NCBI GenBank assembly: GCA_030390025.1
Contig: CM059433.1
Coordinates: 22,384,001 to 22,448,000 of the forward strand
Direction of reading: 5' to 3'
Source: Squalus acanthias
Taxonomy: Eukaryota
DNA length: 64,000 bases
The stretch's first letter is position 1; the number at the start of each line of letters is the position of its first letter. Below the pieces are notes generated by a model. It was not told where the DNA came from and searched no databases. It was given only the letters and a program-made list of their open reading frames with translations. The translations under genes and the position numbers were made by a program. Positions 1-11,734 of the stretch are shown one piece after another.

Positions 1-589
1 CGAACAGAAGAGGAGATTGTGGAACTGTCCTGAGACTGCTCGAACAGAAGAGGAGATTGTGGAACTGTCCTGAGACTACTCGAACAGAAGAGGAGATTGT
101 GGAACTGTCCTGAGACTACTCGAACAGAAGAGGAGATTGTGGAACTGTCCTCAGACCACTCGAACAGAAGAGGAGATTGTGGAACTGTCCTGAGACCGCT
201 CGAACAGAAGAGAAGATTGTGGAACTGTCCTGAGACCACTCGAACAGATGAGGAGATTGTGGAACTGTCCTGAGACCACTCGAACAGAAGAGGAGATTGT
301 GGAACTGTCCTGTCACCACTTGCTCGAACAGAAGAGGAGATTGTGGAACTGTCCTGTCACCACTTGCTCGAACAGAAGAGGGTCTGGTGGAACTGAACTT
401 TTACCCTTCGCTCAAACAGAAGAGGAGCTGGTGGAACTCTCCTGTGTCCATTAGCTTGAACAGAAGCAGAACTGGTTGAACTGTCCTATGTCTGTTCGAA
501 CAGAAGAGGAACTGGTGCATCTGTCCTGTGACCACACGTTCAAACAGAAGAGGAGCTGGTGGAACTATCTGGTGACCACTTGAACAGAA
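1..589. repeat. Tandem array, 40-bp unit CGAACAGAAGAGGAGATTGTGGAACTGTCCTGAGACCACT, diverging to ~44-bp units
   Basis: About 7 near-identical 40-bp units from position 1, then increasingly diverged units to 589. The array runs off the window start. Confidence 0.95.
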
Positions 590-1402
590 ATTGAGGGCGA
601 CGGTGACGTTGACTGCCACTGAGATCCGTGGTCGCCCTGATCTGAGGCTCGAGGTCTGGTTGCAGGAGGTGACAGAGTTCTGTGACCACCTCCTTGCTGA
701 AGTGGAGCCTTCTAATACACTGCTCCTCGCATAATTGGAGGTTGGAGAAGTGCTCTCGGAATACCCTTGGAATATCCTATTGAGAGCCCTCATGGCCCTT
801 CTCCTCCCTCTGCCCACATCTTCCAATTTTTCTCGTTGCCTCCGCTCCCTCCGCTGTCGATCCTGGAGGGCGAGGTCGACTGCCAGTACAGCCCCATTAA
901 TGTAATCAAGTTTGGCACTTTGATATGTTGTGGGGATAAATGTAACTAATTGTTAGTAGCTACAACACTCCTGATACTAAACAACCTTTAAATGACTGAT
1001 TTAAACTGTTGCACAATGTCAAACTGACAAGGAAGCAGTGAAACACTACTAACCTGACAGCTGCGACTCATTATTAATGATCCCTTTAAGTAGCGCCCCT
1101 GGAGCCGGCATCCACCTGCTTGACACCGCTCCCTGTCACTGTCGGTGCAAGGCGCGAAGGCAGGGGCGACAATGAATTTTGCAGGTCGGGCGCCCAGTGA
1201 GCGTTGCAAGCTCACTGATGTCACGATCTGCCTGATGCTGCGGTCTCAGGCGGTAACTCATAGCAGCTGCGCTATGGGGGGAGGGGGCCGGATTTGGCGT
1301 GTGTCGCCGGATTCGCCTCGCCACGGCACTACTGCATCAGCGCCCCATTAGCGCCCCCGCCAGGCGCTAACTGGAGGCGCTAACCAACTGAATTTTTTCC
1401 CC
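590..1402 (-). mobile_element. Half of a PIF/Harbinger element (transposase N-terminus plus one TIR)
   Basis: Minus strand gives PRVFREHFSNLQLCEEQCIRRLHFSKEVVTELCHLLQPDL and, after a frameshift, VAVNVTVALNF (HARBI1-like). It ends CCAACTGAATTTTTTCCCC, matching the TIR of the elements at 26489 and 34469. Confidence 0.85.
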
Positions 1403-1569
1403 ACTGTCTCTTTTGGAAAGTCTTGACAATCATTTTTCTCTGCGTATTTCGTAGCAGCAAAATGAGAGTGGAACCAAGGGAGCATTGAGGGCAAAGGAAG
1501 CTCACCATTGCTCTTATCAATTACCCCAGGCTAAGACGCTTTTGCAAAAAGCATGTCTACCAGATCCGA

Positions 1570-2205
1570 GACCACAGTGAGAGCAGCGGGGATAAAAGGA
1601 GCGGGAGCGGAGGAGAGAGAGCACAGCGAGAGCGGTGGGGATAAAAGGAGCAGGAGCAGAGGAGAGAGAGCACAGCGAGAGTGCCGGGGATAAAAAGAGC
1701 AGGAGCAGAGGAGAGAGAGCACAGCGAGAGTGCCGGGGATAAAAAGAGCAGGAGCGGAGGAGAGAGAGCACAGCGAGAGCAGCGGGGATAAAAGGAATGG
1801 GAGCGGAGGAGATAGAGCACAGCGAGAGTGCTGGGGTTAAAAAGAGCAGGAGCGGAGGAGAGAGAGCACAGCGAGAGCAGCGGGGATAAAAGGAGCGGGA
1901 GCGGAGGAGAGAGAGCACAGTGAGAGCGGTGGGGATAAAAGGAGCGGGAGCGGAGGAGAGAGAGCACAGTGAGAGCGGCGGGGTTAAAAAGAGCAGGAGC
2001 GGAGGAGAGAGAGCACAGTGAGAGTGCCGGGGTTAAAAAGAGCAGGAGCGGAGGAGAGAGAGCACAGTGAGAGCAGCGGGGATAAAAGGAATGGGAGCGG
2101 AGGAGATAGAGCACAGCGAGAGTGCTGGGGTTAAAAAGAGAAGGAGCGGAGGAGAGAGAGCACAGCGAGAGCGGTGGGAATAAAAGGAGCAGGTGCGGAG
2201 GAGAG
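1570..2205 (+). repeat. ~13 copies of a 49-bp purine-rich monomer at the 5' end of a CR1
   Basis: CACAG recurs at 1573, 1622, 1671 and on to 2161 (49-bp period). Each unit contains GGGGATAAAAG or GGGGTTAAAAAG. Confidence 0.93.
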
Positions 2206-2226
2206 AAAGCAAAAAAAATGAAGGAG

Positions 2227-2257
2227 TGACGTCACAGGACAGCAGGTAGGTGATTGG
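2227..2257 (+). promoter_or_regulatory. CRE palindrome TGACGTCA plus reverse CCAAT box in the CR1 5' UTR
   Basis: TGACGTCA at 2227-2234 and GATTGG near 2252, upstream of the ORF1 ATG. Function is inferred only. Confidence 0.4.
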
Positions 2258-3026
2258 TGGATGAGTAGTACGGCTGTTTTTGTCTTTAAACTAAGAGCCA
2301 GGGAACTTATAACTATTACGTTATTAAATAGTAACTTAACTAGATAAACTAAATAATTAATATAACTATAAATAATCATTTGATTAAAAACTTTAACTAA
2401 CTAAATAATCAAATAAATAAAGACTAGAGATGGCAGGGCAGGCTATGTGTCGGGACTGTAGTATGTGGGAGTCTGTGGACAGCGAGACCGTCCCGGATTC
2501 CCACATCTGCAGGAAATGTCTCTGCCTTCAGTCACTCCGGATCAGAGTCATTGAGCTGGAGTGTGAGTTAGAGACACTCCAAAACATAAGGGAGGGGGAG
2601 GTTTTTCTGGATAGTTTTATCCAGAATACAGTCACACCGCAGAGGAAAGCACAGGTTCAGGAAGGGGAGGGTGTGACTGCTAGGGAGACGGGTAGCAGGG
2701 ACTTAGGAGAGGTTGAGAAGGAAGTCCTGCAGACACTGCTCCTGTCCAACAGGTACAATGTACTCGCTACCTGTGAGGACAAGGAGAAAGACAGCAGGGA
2801 GGACAGCCACAATGCAGACCAAGGCACTGTGGCTCAAAAGGCTGTCCAAGGGGGAGAAGAGCAGAATAGAAATGTGGTAGTGATAAGGGATTCTATAATT
2901 AGGGGGATAGATAGCCTGCTCTGCAGCCAAGAACGAGAATCCCGAAGGGTGTGTTGCCAGTGGAAGGGATATCTCGAGGCGACTGGCGAGGAATGTGGAA
3001 AGGGAGGGGGTAAATCCAGTTGTTGT

Positions 3027-3357
3027 AAATCCAAATCTAGAACTAGGGGGCATAGTTTCAGAATAAGGGGTCACCCATTTAAAATGGAGATGAGGAGGAA
3101 TTTCTTCTCTCAGAGGGTCGTGAATCTGTGGAATTCTCTACCCCAGAGAGCTGTGGAGGCTGGGTCATTGAATATATTTAAGGTGGAGATAGACAGATTT
3201 TTGAATGATATGGGAGTCAAGGGTTATGGAGAGCGGGCAGGAAAGTGGAGTTGAGGCCAAGATCAGATCAGCCATGATCTTATTGAATGGCGGAGCAGGC
3301 TCGAGGGGTCAAATGGCCTACTTCTGCTCCTATTTCTTATGTTCTTATGTTCTTATG
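3027..3357 (+). mobile_element. 5'-truncated CR1 3' end inserted in ORF1 of the host CR1
   Basis: Encodes SRTRGHSFRI...RNFFSQRVVNLWNSLP and ends in a (TATGTTCT)n tail. It splits the host esterase motif NPVV / MLHVGTND. Confidence 0.9.
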
Positions 3358-5474
3358 TCATGCTCCACGTTGGAACAAACGACTTAGGTAGAAACAGGGA
3401 GGAGGTCCTGCTGAAAGAGTATCAGGAGTTAGCAGCAAAATTAATAAGTAGGACATCAAGGGTAATAATCCCGAGCCACGTGCAAATTGGCATAGCAACA
3501 GTCAGATCAGGAGAATTAACACGTGGCTAAAGGGCTGGTGTGGGAAAGAGGGGTTCCTTTTCATGAGACAATGGCACCAGTACTGGGACAGAAAGGAGCT
3601 GTACCAATGGGACGGGCTCCACCTGAACCGGGATGGGACCCGTGTCCGAGCAGAAAGGGTAAATAAGGAGGTGGCAAAGGCTTTAACCTAGTAAGACAGG
3701 AGGATGGATCTACAAGAAATGAAGTCAGAATAAATATAAATGAAACAGGAGAGGAGAGCATAGGAAAGAGTAAAGTAAGGGAGGACATTGATGGCCAAGG
3801 AATAAATAGAGTTATAGAACAGGAGTTTAAAAAGATGGTTAAAAATAAAGTGACAGGAACTGCTATTAAAAACGAATTAATCTGTCTGTACAACAATGCA
3901 CACAGTGTCCGTAATAAAACAGGGGAGCTGGAGGCAATCATGCATTGTGAGGAACCAGACATAGTAGGGATTACTGAGACATGGTTACAGAAAAATCAGG
4001 ACTGGAAATTAAACATTGCAGGGTATAACATATTTAGAAAAGATAGAGAGGGGAAAAGGGGAGGTGGAGTAGCTGTAGTTATTTTGGATAACATAATGGC
4101 AGTAGAAAAAAGTGACGCAGCTATCAGCAAGACAGAAATAGAATCCATGTGGATAGAGATAAAAGATAATAAAGGAGTAATCACACTAATAGGGGTAGTC
4201 TACAGACCACCTAATAGTGGAAGGGATGTGGAGGAAGAAATATGCAGACAAATTAGGGAAATGAGTAAAAAACATAGAATAATAATCATGGGGGATTTCA
4301 ACTACCCAGATATTAATTGGACAGAAGAGGTAGGTAAAGGGGATAAGGGAATGGAGTTCTTACAGTGTGTACAGGACTCCTTTCTAACCCAATATGTAAA
4401 AAGCTCAACAAGGGAGGATTCATTATTGGATCTAGTAATGGGGAATGAACCAGAGCAGATAAGAGAACTAAAAGTAGGGGAACATCTAGGCAATAGTGCC
4501 CATAATATAATACGATTTAAGATAATAATTGAGAAGGACATAGACATGACAAAGACCAGGGTAATAGATTGGAGAAAAGCTGATTTTGAGGGGCTGAGAA
4601 TAGAACTTATGAAAATAAAATGGACAACAGTATTGGCAAACAACGATGTAGAACAGCAATGGGAAACATTTAAAACGATGTTCAACAGAGTCCAGGAAAA
4701 ATATATTCCGCTAATAAACAAGAACAAGCTAAACACTAATGAGACACCGTGGATGAATAAAGCCATAAGGGAAAAATTGAGGATAAGAAAAGAGGCATAC
4801 ATTAAATACATGGACAGCAGGGGAGAGCATGATAAGGGAGAATATGAAGTGATTAGGAGAGAAGTAAAAAAAAACAATTAGGAAGGCAAAGAGGAACTAT
4901 GAAATTAAATTATCAAGGAGCATAAAACAAAATAGTAAAATATTTTACAGGCACATAAATAAAAAAAGAAAGGTCGGGATGGGAATAGGGCCACTAAGAG
5001 ATGGAGAGGATAATACCACAGGCAGCAATAGAGAGATGGCAGAGATATTAAATAATTACTTTGCTTCAGTATTTACCAGGGAGGTAGAACAGGTGGAGAT
5101 GACATCAGATGATGTGATTAGCAATAAAAGAAAATGAGGAGATATACTAAATAAACTAATGAAACTCAAAGAGGATAAAACCGTTGGTCTGGACGGATTA
5201 CATCCGCGCATTTTAAAAGAATCTAGGGAAGAAGTAGCAGAGGCATTACTACACATATTTAATAATTCATTAGAAAAAGATGTAGTGCCAGAGGACTGGC
5301 GGATAGCTAACGTAATACCGATATTTAAGAAGTGAGGTAGAACATGTTCAGAGAACTATAGGCCAGTCAGCTTAACATCGGTGATAGGTAAAATAATGGA
5401 ATCCCTACTAAAGGAGAAAATAGAAGAACATCTAGAAATGAAAACTATAATAATAAAATAGTCAGCGTAGATTT

Positions 5475-5600
5475 GTATTTGTTTATGGGATGTGGGCGTC
5501 ACTGGCAAGGCCAGCATTTATTGCCCATCCCTAATTGCCCTTGAGAAGGTGGTGGTTAGCCGCCTTCTTGAACCACTGCAGTCCGTGTGGTAAAGGTATC
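5475..5600 (-). mobile_element. 3' fragment of the LINE family seen at 43165-45105
   Basis: GGGATGTGGGCGTCACTGGCAAGGCCAGCATTTATTGCCCATCCCTAATTGCCCTTGAGAAGG is almost identical to 43176-43240. Confidence 0.85.
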
Positions 5601-6178
5601 GAACCTTGGTGAGAGCACACTTGTACTCCGTACAGTTCTGGTCACCATATTATAAAAAGGATGTGGAGACACTGGAGAGGGTGCAGAGAAGATTTACATG
5701 GATGATACCTGAAATGTGAGGGTACACCTATCAGGAAAGGATGAACAGGCTGGGTCTCTTTTCCCTTGAAAAGAGAAGGCTAAGTGGTGACCTAATAGAG
5801 GTCTTTAAAATCATGAAAGGTTTTGATAGAGTAGATACAGAGAGAATGTTTCCACTTGTGGGGAAGAGCAAAACTAAAGGCCATCAATGTAAGATAGTCA
5901 CCAAAAAATCAAATAGGGAATTCCGAAGAAACTTCTTTACCCAGAGAGTGTTGAGAATGTGGAACTCGCTACCACAGTGAATGGTTGAGGTGAATAGTAT
6001 AGATGTATTTAAGGGGCGATTAGATAAGCATATGAGGGAGAAGGGAATAGAGGGTTATGCTGATAGGGTTAAATGAGGAAAGACGGGAGGAGGCTCGAGT
6101 GGAGTATAAGCACTGGCATAGACTGGTTGGGCCAAATGGCCTATTTCTGTGCTGTATATCCTATGTAATCCTATGTAA

Positions 6179-6331
6179 GAGGAGCTTGTGGAACTGTTCT
6201 CTGAACACTCACTCAAACATAGGAGGAGATGATGGGAATGTCCTGTGACAGTGTGTTCGAACACAAGAGGAGCTGGTGGAACTGACTTGTGAGAGCTCGC
6301 CTGAACAGAAGAGGTGCTGGTGGAACTGGCC
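6179..6331. repeat. Continuation of the 40-44 bp tandem array (3-4 diverged units)
   Basis: GAGGAGCTTGTGGAACTG...CGAACACAAGAGGAGCTGGTGGAACTG...GAACAGAAGAGGTGCTGGTGGAACTG matches the units at 1-589. Confidence 0.9.
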
Positions 6332-7025
6332 AGATCAGGCCTAGTACTTGCGTTCTTGCTCCTTATCCCTAACCTTTATTTAACTAAAAGATTTGAAAAC
6401 CCAGGAGCTATTGCTGTATCTGACAGAAGTTTATTTTTGTAAGACAGCACACTGAGTAGTGCATGCAAGCAATATGTCTATATACTCACACATAGGATAC
6501 CATCAGGGATGTAGGAGCTTACACCTCACCAGGTAGTTCGCAGTCTTAAGTATCACTAAGGGTACATTACATTTCACGTTTATACCATACCTACTTTGGC
6601 CACAGGATCTGATGTAACTCGAGCTCCATTTGCTAATCTTTTGTTTAAGTTGACCTAAAACCAGTTTGGTCCAGTTCCCTTATCTCCAGTTCTCAGTATC
6701 ATGTTTCCTTTGCATCACTCAGAAATTTTCCATCAGGCCTGGGTCTTTCTATCCATGGCAGTACATTAACCTTTACTCATTTATGGTTGTGTGATATAAG
6801 TCCATCTAATCTAAGCTTTCTACTTATCCATAATTTGTTTTAGCCAAGACTGCGGTTAGTTACATCTATGCCTGTTGCTTTTAATTCTGTTGTTATATTT
6901 ATTCCTTATCATTCTGTATAGTCTATAGAATTCAGTTAGTCTCACTCTCTCTAAACTACTCACTGCAGCTCCCTATACTAACTAACCCCTGATGTTCTTT
7001 ACCTGTGTCAAGCTGCTAACTTATT

Positions 7026-9480
7026 GGGCCAGACCTTGCCGGATAAATAACAGCATGCTAATAATGCACGCCATTATTAATGCGCAAATCGGCCTGCAAG
7101 TTCAGGGGATTAAGAGATATTTAATGAGTTCTGAATTTCTAGAATGTACTGGTCGATTTACACCGTTCCACCATTTGTTTCGCACAAATGGGCTAGGATT
7201 TTCCTCTCCTCGGCAGGTCCGGTGTGGGCGAGGTCGGTGGTGGGTTACGGCCCCGCTGCTGGCTCTATCCTGCTGCCTAAAATGAATTTCTGTTGATAGG
7301 GATTGTTAAGCCCGCCTTCCAGGTCCAATTAGAGGAAGCGGGTCTGGTAACGTCATTCATAACGCGTCATCAGCCGATTTCCTTAATGGGACCATGGCCA
7401 ACTTACTTTTGACTTTTGTGCTGTCAGTGTTCTACAGCATTGAGGTGCTGCAAACACTGACAAGCACTGCACAGAGGTGCAGGGCTGCACCCAGGCTCTC
7501 CCCTGACTCCCTCCATATGCCTATGGAGGGAGTCACAGCACACAAGGAGGTCCTCTTCCCTTCCCATGGGTGGAAGAGACCTCCCCAGGAGATCAATACA
7601 ACCTGGTAGCACGTTGCAGAGGAGGGCACAAGCAGGGATGTTGTCTGGAGGGCCTGGGTACAGTCGTGCAAACCTTTCAATGATCTCAGTAGATCACGAA
7701 ACATTAGTACAAAGCCACACTCACCTTCATCTTCCTGTGCCTCTCATCACATCCTCATCACTCTGCCTTCCCTACCCTACTCCGACACATCCTTACTCAC
7801 ACTAACTTACCTTGCACCTCCACTCATCCCTCTCTCTCTATCTACATTATCACTTCCCCATCTCACTAGCCACCCCTCACACTCACCCTCATCCTAGTCC
7901 AATCATACTTGGGTGTTTTATGCAATGTTCATGTAAAGTTTCTGTTAATGTGATGTCAAACATTGAAACCTTTATTTTCAACATGTTGCGTTCTTGGGAC
8001 AGATTTGTGTGCACCTTTGGAAGTGGCTTAGTGAGTTGCAGTGAATGGTGAGACATAACGGTACCCCGCAATAGTGATGAGTGTGAAAGGAATGGCTATG
8101 ACATTGTAGGGATGCTTTATGGTGTTGGTGTGAAGTGGTGCCAACCCAGCGCATCATCAAGTGAAGAAAATCTGGCCATGGTAATGCCATCCCTGGCCTC
8201 CCGGGCAGCAATGTGGTCGGGTGCTGATGCCCTGTGTCCTGTGCAGCATCAGTTGATTGTGGAGAAGGTCGGTGTTGTTGTTGGTGCTGCTGGTATGCCT
8301 GGTGCTGCTGGTGTTGGGGCTGATCGTGGTGGGATTTTGAGGACCAAGGTGAGACAGTATAAAGGGCACCCATGTTGATGGAATAGATGGCAGGTGAAGT
8401 AGAGATGACAGAAGCATTCTGTCAATGGTGAGAGAGATCTTCCAATGAGGTAAGAGTGGATGGAGCGTGGAAAGTGGAATGCCTGCAGAATATGTGCTGG
8501 AAATGGACTGAGAAACAGCTTGAGGCTGAGGAAAGTGATGATCTGTCAGGTGGGAGCTTTTACTGTACATTTGAAGCTGTCAAATAATCAGTTGGAGCAA
8601 TGGCCTCAGGTTGACAGACGTGGTCCCCGAACAGTGTGGTTCTCCTTGGCCATGAAGTTAAAGTTAAAAAAGTAAGTTAAGAAAGCCTGTTAAGGATCTG
8701 TTAAGTACATTATAATGAGTTTAATTGGGTCACCCGCCACTGCCTGTTGGGTCTGCTCAGCGCTGACAGACCCGACATTGGGAAAGGGGCGTTGCGGCAG
8801 GTTGACAGCGGGGTTCCCGACCCGCTGTCAAAAAAAATATTTCCCACCTAACCCACCCCCAATCCCACCCACTGACATCCCGGAAAATTCCGGCCATGGT
8901 ATCTCGCCCTTAGCCTTCCTGTTACTTTTAAGCACTTGTTGGATTTGTATATTAATTTGCCATTAAACTCACCACAGAAAGTTAAGTCTGGTAAATAAGA
9001 GCATAAGTACCCTTTTAATAACGTGATAATTATTAGTGCAATGCCAATCAACCTTTCTCCCAGAAAGGGAACAATTTAAACTGTTCAATCTTATTCCTGC
9101 ATGTAGTCAATTGTTGTTAGAGATTCTTTAAATGTCAAATTTAAAAATTAAAATGTTTTCTTACTTTTCCTTTCTTTCTCTTTTTCCTCTCTCCCTCAAT
9201 CCAATATTTCTTTCCCTATCTTTATTTCTCTTTCTGTACCTGATTTGACTCTAATCCACCCTCCTTCTCCGTCGTTGTTCTGTTTCTTTCTCAGTCCTTA
9301 AATCTCATTGGTTAAGGAGAGACGCTGTTGGTCCTGTCATTCACTAAGATTCCAGATGCCCCGTTGCCCCCGTTATCAAGCTTGTACTTTCAGCAAGTTT
9401 CAACACAAATAATTTTCGAGCTGAAGGGTGCAGAAAAAAGTCTGAGTGAGGGCGCACACCACAAGATTATATTACACCCT
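7026..9480. mobile_element. Degraded non-autonomous DNA transposon (outer element), interrupted by 7191-8895
   Basis: Starts GGGCCAGACCTTGC, resembling the other Harbinger-type termini here. The sequence reads through across the ATG TSD of the inner element. The right end is poorly defined. Confidence 0.4.
7191..8895. mobile_element. Internally deleted Harbinger element
   Basis: TIRs GGCTAGGATTTTCC / GGAAAATTCCGGCC; 3-bp TSD ATG (7188-7190, 8896-8898); plus-strand Myb/SANT-like remnant RAAPRLSPDSL...VLFP...WVQSCKPFNDL; minus-strand Gln/His-rich start MGALYT... at 8373. Confidence 0.85.
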
Positions 9481-10095
9481 ATGCTACAGTTGCCAACTCA
9501 CCAAACAATGAAAATAGTTGCTCCTGATTTACCTCATTATCTTGAACACTGCACTCAGATTTCCTCTTAACCTTCATTTCTCGAATGAAAAAAGCTGTAG
9601 TTTATGTGTCCAGGGTGAAGATGTGGGTCACTTGCTCATGATTGCTGCTTTGTACGGTATAATTGGGTAGTACATTTTATATAGCTGTTTAGTGCTCATT
9701 GACAACCAGATGTGACAGTACCCTAATGTGTTGGATTTTAATTCTAGTTAATTTGTCATTCTAGTTTTTTTAATTTGTTGTCTAAGTGCACATGGATTTC
9801 TGTCCATTTAACAGTGGGTTTTCAAGTTTCTATTTCTCTTTGGATATGAGAAAAGCCAGACTGCAAATCCTTTATCTACCATCCTATTACTGTCAACAAA
9901 TCTTAAAATACTTTTTTGAATGGATAATTTTCCTGTCGGTCATCAAATTATTAAAGAAGGTGATGGTGCTGACTGGAAGATTAATATTTCCACCCGAAAA
10001 TACTTCTATCTTAATATCCCCATAGAACAGGCACTTGGAAATGATCCCCCCGAGCCAAAAGATCCTTCATAGCTTATGGCTGTGAATGATTTTCA

Positions 10096-10603
10096 CCCTT
10101 GGAGAGGGTGCAGAGGAGAATTACTGGAATTATACCAGGGATGAGGTAATTCAGTTATGTGGAGAGACTGGAGAAGCTTGGATTGTTCTCCATAGAGCAA
10201 AAAAGGCTAAAGGGAGATTTAATAGAGGTGTTCAAAATTATGTGCAGTTTTGATGGAGTAGTTAGGGAGAAATTGTTTCCACTGGCACGATGGTCAGTAA
10301 CCAAAGGTCACAGATTTAAAGTAATTGGCAAAAAATCCAGGGGGAAGATGAGGAGGATTTTTTTTACACAGCGAGTTGTTATGATCTGGAATGCATTGCC
10401 TAAAAGGGTGGTGGAAGCAGATTCAATAGTACCTTTCAAAAGGGAAGTGGATCTATACTTAAAGAGGATAAATATGCAGAGTTATAGGGAAAGAGCAGGG
10501 GAGTGGGACTTATTGGATAGCTCTTTCAAATAGCCGGTACAGGCACAATGGGCCAGATGACCTCTCTCTGTGCTACATTATTGATTCTATGAGTTTATGA
10601 TTC
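10096..10603 (+). mobile_element. CR1 3' fragment
   Basis: ERLEKLGLFSIEQKRLKGDLIEVFKIM...FFTQRVVMIWNALP, followed by an ATTCTATG-type tail. Confidence 0.9.
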
Positions 10604-10633
10604 CATTTCAACATCAGAAGTTCACCCCTTCAG

Positions 10634-10668
10634 ACTGGTATCAATAAATCTTCTGCACAAATTCCCAG
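10634..10668 (+). other. Candidate 35-nt internal exon
   Basis: TTCACCCCTTCAG acceptor and CAG/GTGAGT donor; reads TGINKSSAQIP. No homology recognised. Confidence 0.25.
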
Positions 10669-10907
10669 GTGAGTATGGTGAACTGGAGCTGTTCATCAGA
10701 ACTTGACACAATGATGTCTTCAACTTATCCACATTATCTACAAATGTTCTTAATGCTTCTGGTTCTAAACATTGCGGAACAGACCTGCCAGAGCATATGC
10801 AAAGCATATTAAGGACCTGGTGGGAACATGGCCATTCTCCAATTTAAAAATAAAATCTGAGAGTGTGCAGCAAGGATCCCCCAGTGAAAAATGAGGTAGG
10901 TACACCA

Positions 10908-11734
10908 TCTTCCATGACGAGGCCTTGGACAACGTGGACCACTTCCCATACCTTGGCAGCCTACTGTCAACAAGGGCAGACGTCGATGACGAAGTCCAAC
11001 ACCGCCTTCAGTGTGCTAGTGCAGCCTTCGGTCGCCTGAGGAAGAGAGTGTTTGAAGACCAGTACCTCAAACCCAGCACCAAGCTCATGGTCTACAGAGC
11101 AGTAGTGATACCCGCCCTCCTGTATGCTTCAGAGACATGGACCATGTACAGCAGGCACCTAAAGCACTGGAGAGGTACCACCAACACTGTCTCTGCAAGA
11201 TCCTGCAAATCCATTGGCAAGATAGATGCACCAACGTCAGTGTTCTCGCTCAGGCCAACATCCCCAGCATCGAAGCTTTGACCACGCTCGATCAGCTCCG
11301 ATGGACAGGCCTCATCGTCCACATAGCCGATACGAGACTCCCAAAACAAGCGCTCTACTCGGAACTCCGACACGGCAAGAGAGCCCCAGGTGGGCAGAGG
11401 AACCGCTTCAAGGACACCCTCAAAGCCTCCTTGAAAAAGTGCAACATCCCCACTGACACCTGGAAATCCCTGGCCCAAAACCGCACAAAGTGGAGGAGAA
11501 GCAGCCGGGAAGGCGCCGAACACCTCGAGTCTCTTCGCCGGGAGCAAGCGGAAGCCAAGCGCAAACAGCGGAAGGAGCGCACGTCAACCCCACCCACCCG
11601 CCCCTTCAACCACCGTCTGCCCCACCTGTGACAGAGACTGTAGGTCCTGCATTGGACTCATCAGTCACCTGAGAACTCATTTTTAGTGTGGAAGCAAGTC
11701 ATCCTCGGTTCCGAGGGACTGCCGAAGAAGAAGA
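10908..11734 (+). mobile_element. 5'-truncated RTE-clade LINE
   Basis: VDHFPYLGS...AAFGRLRKRVF...LLYASETW...LRW...RLPKQALYSEL, C-terminal CPTC...HLRTH finger, (GAA)n tail, 7-bp TSD TACACCA (10901-10907, 11735-11741). Confidence 0.92.

Larger units (their letters stand above)
1570..6178 (+). mobile_element. Near full-length CR1 LINE, inactive
   Basis: 5' UTR; ORF1 from ATG 2430 (CxxC...CxxC, coiled coil, esterase motifs RDSIIRG and HVGTNDL); ORF2 APE endonuclease 3835-4881 (GITETWL, YRPP, GDFNYP); frameshift near 4870; RT core missing; 3' end with (CCTATGTAAT) tail. Confidence 0.92.

Noticed and set aside
1..589. CRISPR-like regular repeats
   Set aside because: Units are head-to-tail with no unique spacers, there are no cas genes, and the context is eukaryotic.
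1517..2379. Leu/Ser/Pro-rich minus-strand ORFs
   Set aside because: Antisense translations of the 49-bp monomer array.
2430..3254. 274-aa ORF as a novel fusion protein
   Set aside because: Frameshifted CR1 ORF1 running by chance into an inserted CR1 3' fragment.
10622..10807. Minus-strand 61-aa ORF as a gene
   Set aside because: Short, unrecognised, and overlapping an equally weak plus-strand exon candidate.
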